Shown: one piece after another, positions 59,359-64,000 of the stretch
How the letters are laid out: every line of letters starts with the position of its first letter
Position numbering within the stretch: position 1 is the first letter of the stretch
Source of the DNA: an uncultured Syntrophomonadaceae bacterium
GTDB taxonomy: Bacteria > Bacillota > Dethiobacteria > DTU022
Length of the DNA stretch: 64,000 nt
Direction: 5' to 3'
NCBI GenBank assembly: GCA_964467475.1
Contig: CAYXQO010000008.1
Span: 490-64,489 of the forward strand
The notes under the pieces: generated by a model
What the model saw: the letters and a program-made list of their open reading frames with translations, nothing else
What the model was told of the DNA's origin: nothing
Database searches by the model: none
Translations under genes and position numbers: made by a program

Positions 59359-60024
59359 ATGTTAGGACCAATTAAAAACGGAACCTTATTTTGTGTTATT
59401 TTGGTTTTTGTTCTGATGTTTTCCGTGTTTACGGCCCAGGATGTACAGGCCAATGATTCGGAGGAAGGTAAGGATGCTGCGATCCGAGCCGCGGTTGAAG
59501 CTATTAAAGACATCCGCCGTTCACCGGATCGTATTGTGTCTTTAAACCAACGCGCTGTCGATGATGTAGCGAGGGCAAGATCCCTGGTGGAAGAAGCTAA
59601 AGATGAGTATGGTGTTAACGAAGAGGATATTGCCAATATAGATACCTTAAGGGAGTCTGAGAAGCGAGTAGATAAGCTTTTGGCTGTTGAAGAAGCCAAA
59701 GAAGCAATGGATGAACTCCCACCCCCCTCAGAAGCAACTGCAGCAGATAAACCTGCCATAGAAAGAGCCCGTGAACTTGTTAATATAGCTAAAGAGGATT
59801 ACGGTGCGAGCCGTTTTGATTTATGCTGGGGTCTCGATCGGTTGGAGGAAATAGAGGAGAAAGTGGATCCCGATCCCGACCCTGATCCAGAGTTGCCTCC
59901 CACAGGCGGGTTGACCACTTCAGTTATATCAGGCCTGGTACTAACAGGGGCTGGTTTGCTGTTCGTTGGCAAAAGGTATGGAAGAAATAAGCATAAAAGA
60001 TACAGTAAAAGGACCTACAGGTAA
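59359..60024 (+). CDS. Sortase-anchored protein with two ~65-aa helical repeats
   Basis: Signal peptide; repeats A..EA..A...LP...D...V..AR.LV..AK..YG; DPDPDPE-LPPTG-TM-basic tail. Confidence 0.85.
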   Translation: MLGPIKNGTLFCVILVFVLMFSVFTAQDVQANDSEEGKDAAIRAAVEAIKDIRRSPDRIVSLNQRAVDDVARARSLVEEAKDEYGVNEEDIANIDTLRESEKRVDKLLAVEEAKEAMDELPPPSEATAADKPAIERARELVNIAKEDYGASRFDLCWGLDRLEEIEEKVDPDPDPDPELPPTGGLTTSVISGLVLTGAGLLFVGKRYGRNKHKRYSKRTYR

Positions 60025-60128
60025 AAATTAATAAGGGGTTACTGCTATTCTAGAAGGAGAAATAAAGGAGGGTAGTTTGAAACCTCATTAAGATCGGATA
60101 TTTTGAAAAATAAAGGGGTGTACTGAAA

Positions 60129-61136
60129 ATGAAGTGCTTACAAAAGAAAAAACCATTGTTGGTAACGCTGGCTTTAAGCGTAGCTTTGCTGATGGCCTTT
60201 TCGTTGGCTGCTTTTGCTTCCGATGGAGTCAAGTTAGGCGTCAGTGATGAGTCGGGGGATGTTGGTGATGAGGTTACTGTTGAAATAACAGCTGAAAATG
60301 CACTCGATCATGAAGGTGGTCAGTTTGACCTTTCCTTCGATGATGATGTTGTCGAGCCAGTATCCGCATCAAGAGGAGCAATGGTACCCGATATATCGGG
60401 TAACCTTTTTGACTACAACCTTGAGCTGGAAGATGGCAAGCTGAGAATAATGTGGGTTATTGCTGAAGGTGCTGAAGAAGATTCCGGAGTGATTGGAACA
60501 ATTGACTTTGAAATCCTTGAAGAAGGGGAAACGGATTTAACCTTCAGCAACATTGTCTTTTCTCCTGAGGGTGTAGAAGCAGCTGATCCCAGCGCTGGAA
60601 GCATTGTTTATGAAGAACCGGTAGATGAAAAGCAACAGGCAATCGATGAGGCAAATGAAGCAATTGCTGCGCTTCCTGCCGTAGAAGACATTACTCTTGC
60701 CGACAAGGAGGATGTTGAAAACGCTCGCGACCTTGTGAACAAGGCCAAAGAACTGGGTGCGGTAGATGATGACTTTGATGAGCTGAGTAAGTTGGAAGAT
60801 GCCGAAGAGAAAATTGTCAAGTTAGAGGCAATTAAGGAAGCAGACGATGCTATCTTAGCCCTGCCGCACGTTGATGTCTTGACTCTTGATGACAAGCCAG
60901 ATGTGGAAGCAGCCCGGGCCCTGGTCAACAGGGCGAAGGAAGATTATGGGGCGGTAGATGAGGATTTTGAGTATCTGTCCACCCTGGAAGCCTGCGAAAA
61001 CAGGATCAAGGAACTGGAAGGGGAAGTGCCCACCCCGCCGACCGGTGATTTGAACTACCTGCTGCCACTGGGGTTGCTGGTTGTGCTGGCCGGGCTCTTG
61101 TTTTACATCAAGCGCAGTAAGGCAGCAGTTAAGTAA
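60129..61136 (+). CDS. Cell-wall-anchored cohesin protein (cohesin + 2 helical repeats + TPPTG sorting signal)
   Basis: GDVGDEVTVEI...GGQFDLSFD...G...GKLRIMW...SGVIGTIDFEI cohesin pattern; TPPTG-TM-KR tail. Confidence 0.82.
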   Translation: MKCLQKKKPLLVTLALSVALLMAFSLAAFASDGVKLGVSDESGDVGDEVTVEITAENALDHEGGQFDLSFDDDVVEPVSASRGAMVPDISGNLFDYNLELEDGKLRIMWVIAEGAEEDSGVIGTIDFEILEEGETDLTFSNIVFSPEGVEAADPSAGSIVYEEPVDEKQQAIDEANEAIAALPAVEDITLADKEDVENARDLVNKAKELGAVDDDFDELSKLEDAEEKIVKLEAIKEADDAILALPHVDVLTLDDKPDVEAARALVNRAKEDYGAVDEDFEYLSTLEACENRIKELEGEVPTPPTGDLNYLLPLGLLVVLAGLLFYIKRSKAAVK

Positions 61137-61253
61137 AAAGATAAAAAATAAATAATTAAAAGTAGTGATGCGGCGGTGATAAATCGGTCGCCGTCGCATC
61201 AACTTAAATATGGTTTTACTTATTAATAATAAATAAAGGATGTTAATGCAGTA

Positions 61254-61934
61254 ATGATCACTTTACTAAAAGTAAATATCAAAAAGGTGTTGCTTATAAC
61301 AGCTGCTTTGACCTTGGCTCTTTCTTTTAAAGGGGATGTATATGCTGGTGAGGGGTTAAAGCTTACAGCAACTGAAGATGAAGGAAAACCTGGTGAGCAG
61401 GTTGTGATTGAAATAAATGCAGAAAACGCTGCAGGGACAGAAGGTGGACAGTTCTTGCTTAACTTTGACCAGGACTTGCTTGATCCAGTAGCCGCTGATT
61501 CCGGTCAGCTTGTTGAGGATGCGGAAAGCAACTTGTTTATGGTGAATAAAGAATATGGCGAAGGTCAGCTAAAATTCATGTGGGTTACTGCCCTGGCAGA
61601 TACCGCAGATTCTGGAACTGTTTGCGAGATAACCTTTGATTTGCTTGGTGAAGGCACCACAGCCCTTGAATTTACAGAGATCGTAGTCTCTCCAGATGAT
61701 TTTACTGTAGCCGAGGCAGTTTCGGGGAAGGTAAGAATTGACGATGCGGGGGTGGATAAGGAGGAAAATGAAGAACCTGAACAACCTGAAGAAGATAACA
61801 GGGAAGAAGAGGTGGCTGCCGCTGAAGCAGAAACTAATGGTACAGCGCTGGTTATAGGACTGATTGTTGTAGCAGCGCTGGCAGCAGTCGGTTATGTGGC
61901 TTTCCGGAAATTCAAAAAGTCCGCAAAATATTAG
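61254..61934 (+). CDS. Membrane-anchored single-cohesin protein
   Basis: GKPGEQVVIEI...GGQFLLNFD...GQLKFMW...SGTVCEITFD; acidic linker; C-terminal TM plus RKFKK. Confidence 0.82.
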   Translation: MITLLKVNIKKVLLITAALTLALSFKGDVYAGEGLKLTATEDEGKPGEQVVIEINAENAAGTEGGQFLLNFDQDLLDPVAADSGQLVEDAESNLFMVNKEYGEGQLKFMWVTALADTADSGTVCEITFDLLGEGTTALEFTEIVVSPDDFTVAEAVSGKVRIDDAGVDKEENEEPEQPEEDNREEEVAAAEAETNGTALVIGLIVVAALAAVGYVAFRKFKKSAKY

Positions 61935-62044
61935 AGATAAATAAACTTAAACCAGGGAGAAGTAAAGATTAATTGTATTTAATTGTTTGAATGCATTTTA
62001 CCTGTTTTTTGTAATCACTTAATAATGAAAGTGAGGTTATTAAA

Positions 62045-64000
62045 ATGCCGAAATCTACAAGAAAGAGAGCAGGGGCAAAAACATCTATCGTTTTGCTTTC
62101 CATCTTTCTTTTCCTAATTATATTCTCTCCGGCCGTTTTTGCCGAAACCGGTAAACTTGGGGATATTAACGACGATGGGGAAGTTGATGTGCGTGACGTA
62201 GTCCTGGTTATGCGGCACGTGCTGGTATTGGAAGAGTTAGATGAAGACCAGCAAAGACGAGCAGATGTTGATGGTGACGGAGAAATCGATGTTCGCGACG
62301 CCACTTTAATTATGCAGTATGCGCTGGGGATTATCGACGAATTCCCCTATGATTTACCAGAAGTAGTTAGCGTAAGAGCAATTGATCGTTCCACCATTGA
62401 AGTAGAGCTATCTGAAGACGTAGCCGAAGAAGCAGCTGAAGATCCCGACTATTACCAGGTAACCGTAGGCAATGAATCGGTGGAAGTAGAAGATGTTGAT
62501 TATGATGCTGATGACAGAATCGCGGAGCTTGAAGTCGATCTGGAAGGCAAGTCCGGAGTTCTTGTGGTAAATGGAGTAGAAGCAGAAGAAAAAGTCCCGC
62601 CAATTCCAGATTTTACTGAAATTTCGGCGCTTGAAGCTGCTTTGGAAGTGGTGATGTACTTTAATACTCCTATTTATGCAGATGATGACTTAGATCCTGG
62701 CGATGATATTATCCTGAAGGTTGCCGGCGATGATGTTGGAGACAACTTCGAGGTTGAAATCCCTGACGAAAAAGATGATGCGGAAGACGAAGTTATCTTA
62801 AAGATAACTGATACTGATTACAGGCCTGAAGCCAATGATTCAGTCCGTGTAGAACTTGACATTGATGGAGCGGAAAAAATCTTCAATGTTTGGGATGAGC
62901 CCATGGAACAGCCCAGGGTTTATATAACTACTGCTACACCTGATGATGAAAATCCACGTTTCGAAGAAATACTTGCCTTTGAGGAAAGTAATTTTGTTGT
63001 AGCATATTTTTCCAAACCAGTTAATACTTCCGGTGACGATATTAATGTCGGCCCGGCTAGAGAAGAAGTTAGAGTCACCGGGGAAGATGCAGACGGCACC
63101 CCGCTTGAATACGATGGAGATAAAATACATGCTTTATCGCGGGATGAGGAACAAGAAGGGCTTAGAATCGAGCTAGATGATGCAATCCCGGAAGGCTCAG
63201 AAATAACGGTTAGTTTTGGCACCGACGCGGGAAGGAAAATTAAAGATCGCGCCGGTAATACCCTTGCAGGCACTTACACCAGGTCCGCAACAGCAGTAGA
63301 AGGTCCTACCCTGGAAGATGCAGAAGTCACAAATCTCAGCTTTGACATAGACGATCAAACCCAGGAATTCTCGGTGAAGCTTGTAGGAGCCATGGATGAA
63401 GGGCAAGAGCTTACCATCGATTTAACCGAAGCTGCAGGAGAAGGAATAGATTACCATCCGTTTAATACTCGCTATGAGGTTGATGGAGCTGATGGTGATG
63501 TTTCCTTCGATGATGATGTAATCACATTTGAAGCAGAAGAAAATATCGATGACGGAACTGTACTTACAATAACAGCAGAAGAAATCGACACTACTGGTAT
63601 TGGTGATGTTGTAGAAGATATCGAAGTAGTCTTTGAACGCTCAGAAGTAGGAGCTACTATTGTCGCTGAATTCGACGTGGTGGCCGGCCTTGGCGATTTA
63701 GCTATAGATGCTATGTACGAATTAAAATCGCCTGCCGATGATGTATACGAAGAAGTGGACTTGCTTGCTTCCGGCCAGGATGACCATACGGTGGAATTTA
63801 CCTTCACCTTGAAAGGCACCCTCGAGGAAGATGAGTATGTGGAAATTGATGTAAGCGAGCTCGTAGATGCTGGAGTAACCTTTGATGAGGAAGCAATTGA
63901 ATGGGACAACAACGACCTGGATGTAGAGTTAGATAACGATACGTTTACTATTACCGCTGAAGATGATGATATCGATACCGGAACAGAAATAACAGTTACC
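62045..64000 (+). CDS. Large acidic surface/S-layer-like protein with N-terminal dockerin (3' end outside window)
   Basis: Open frame of 652 codons from ATG 62045 (not in ORF track); signal peptide AVFA; LGDINDDGEVDVRD...ADVDGDGEIDVRD dockerin; Ig-like beta-rich D/E-rich repeats. Confidence 0.9.
   Translation, partial: MPKSTRKRAGAKTSIVLLSIFLFLIIFSPAVFAETGKLGDINDDGEVDVRDVVLVMRHVLVLEELDEDQQRRADVDGDGEIDVRDATLIMQYALGIIDEFPYDLPEVVSVRAIDRSTIEVELSEDVAEEAAEDPDYYQVTVGNESVEVEDVDYDADDRIAELEVDLEGKSGVLVVNGVEAEEKVPPIPDFTEISALEAALEVVMYFNTPIYADDDLDPGDDIILKVAGDDVGDNFEVEIPDEKDDAEDEVILKITDTDYRPEANDSVRVELDIDGAEKIFNVWDEPMEQPRVYITTATPDDENPRFEEILAFEESNFVVAYFSKPVNTSGDDINVGPAREEVRVTGEDADGTPLEYDGDKIHALSRDEEQEGLRIELDDAIPEGSEITVSFGTDAGRKIKDRAGNTLAGTYTRSATAVEGPTLEDAEVTNLSFDIDDQTQEFSVKLVGAMDEGQELTIDLTEAAGEGIDYHPFNTRYEVDGADGDVSFDDDVITFEAEENIDDGTVLTITAEEIDTTGIGDVVEDIEVVFERSEVGATIVAEFDVVAGLGDLAIDAMYELKSPADDVYEEVDLLASGQDDHTVEFTFTLKGTLEEDEYVEIDVSELVDAGVTFDEEAIEWDNNDLDVELDNDTFTITAEDDDIDTGTEITVT

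Noticed and set aside
59359-64000. Cellulosome
   Set aside because: Single-cohesin anchors only; no CBM3, no multi-cohesin scaffoldin and no cellulase or hemicellulase domains in the window

Overview
Chromosomal window from a flagellated, anaerobic Bacillota member with many acidic surface proteins. A Dethiobacteria-like halo/alkaliphile is inferred from sigmaA/sigmaH-type promoters, LPXTG-type anchors, a glycine-betaine-type sensor and acidic exoproteins. No phage, CRISPR array, rRNA or tRNA was seen. Content in order: end of the flagellar fliD-fliS locus; an MCP fused to a C-terminal OpuAC-type binding domain; three GGDEF+HD-GYP proteins; an OmpR-family two-component system; mixed housekeeping and redox genes; a ~217-bp MITE-like element plus two fragments; a probable small selenoprotein and a rubredoxin, both missed by the ORF track; an IscS-like/IscU/TusA/DsrE operon whose IscS lacks the PLP lysine; a TRAP transporter; a dnaK-grpE-dnaJ-cbpM-clpB operon with diderm-type DnaK; a VapBC pair; SufC/SufB-like (SMS-type) genes; hpt; a candidate unrecognised ~313-nt structured ncRNA with its own sigmaA promoter; three c-di-GMP-I riboswitches (a tandem pair with apparently opposite polarity, and one with a C92A change) upstream of cell-wall hydrolase and surface genes; and a cluster of anchored cohesin proteins next to a large dockerin-bearing acidic surface protein that runs off the window. 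All calls are from motif recognition by eye; no database searches or folding programs were run.
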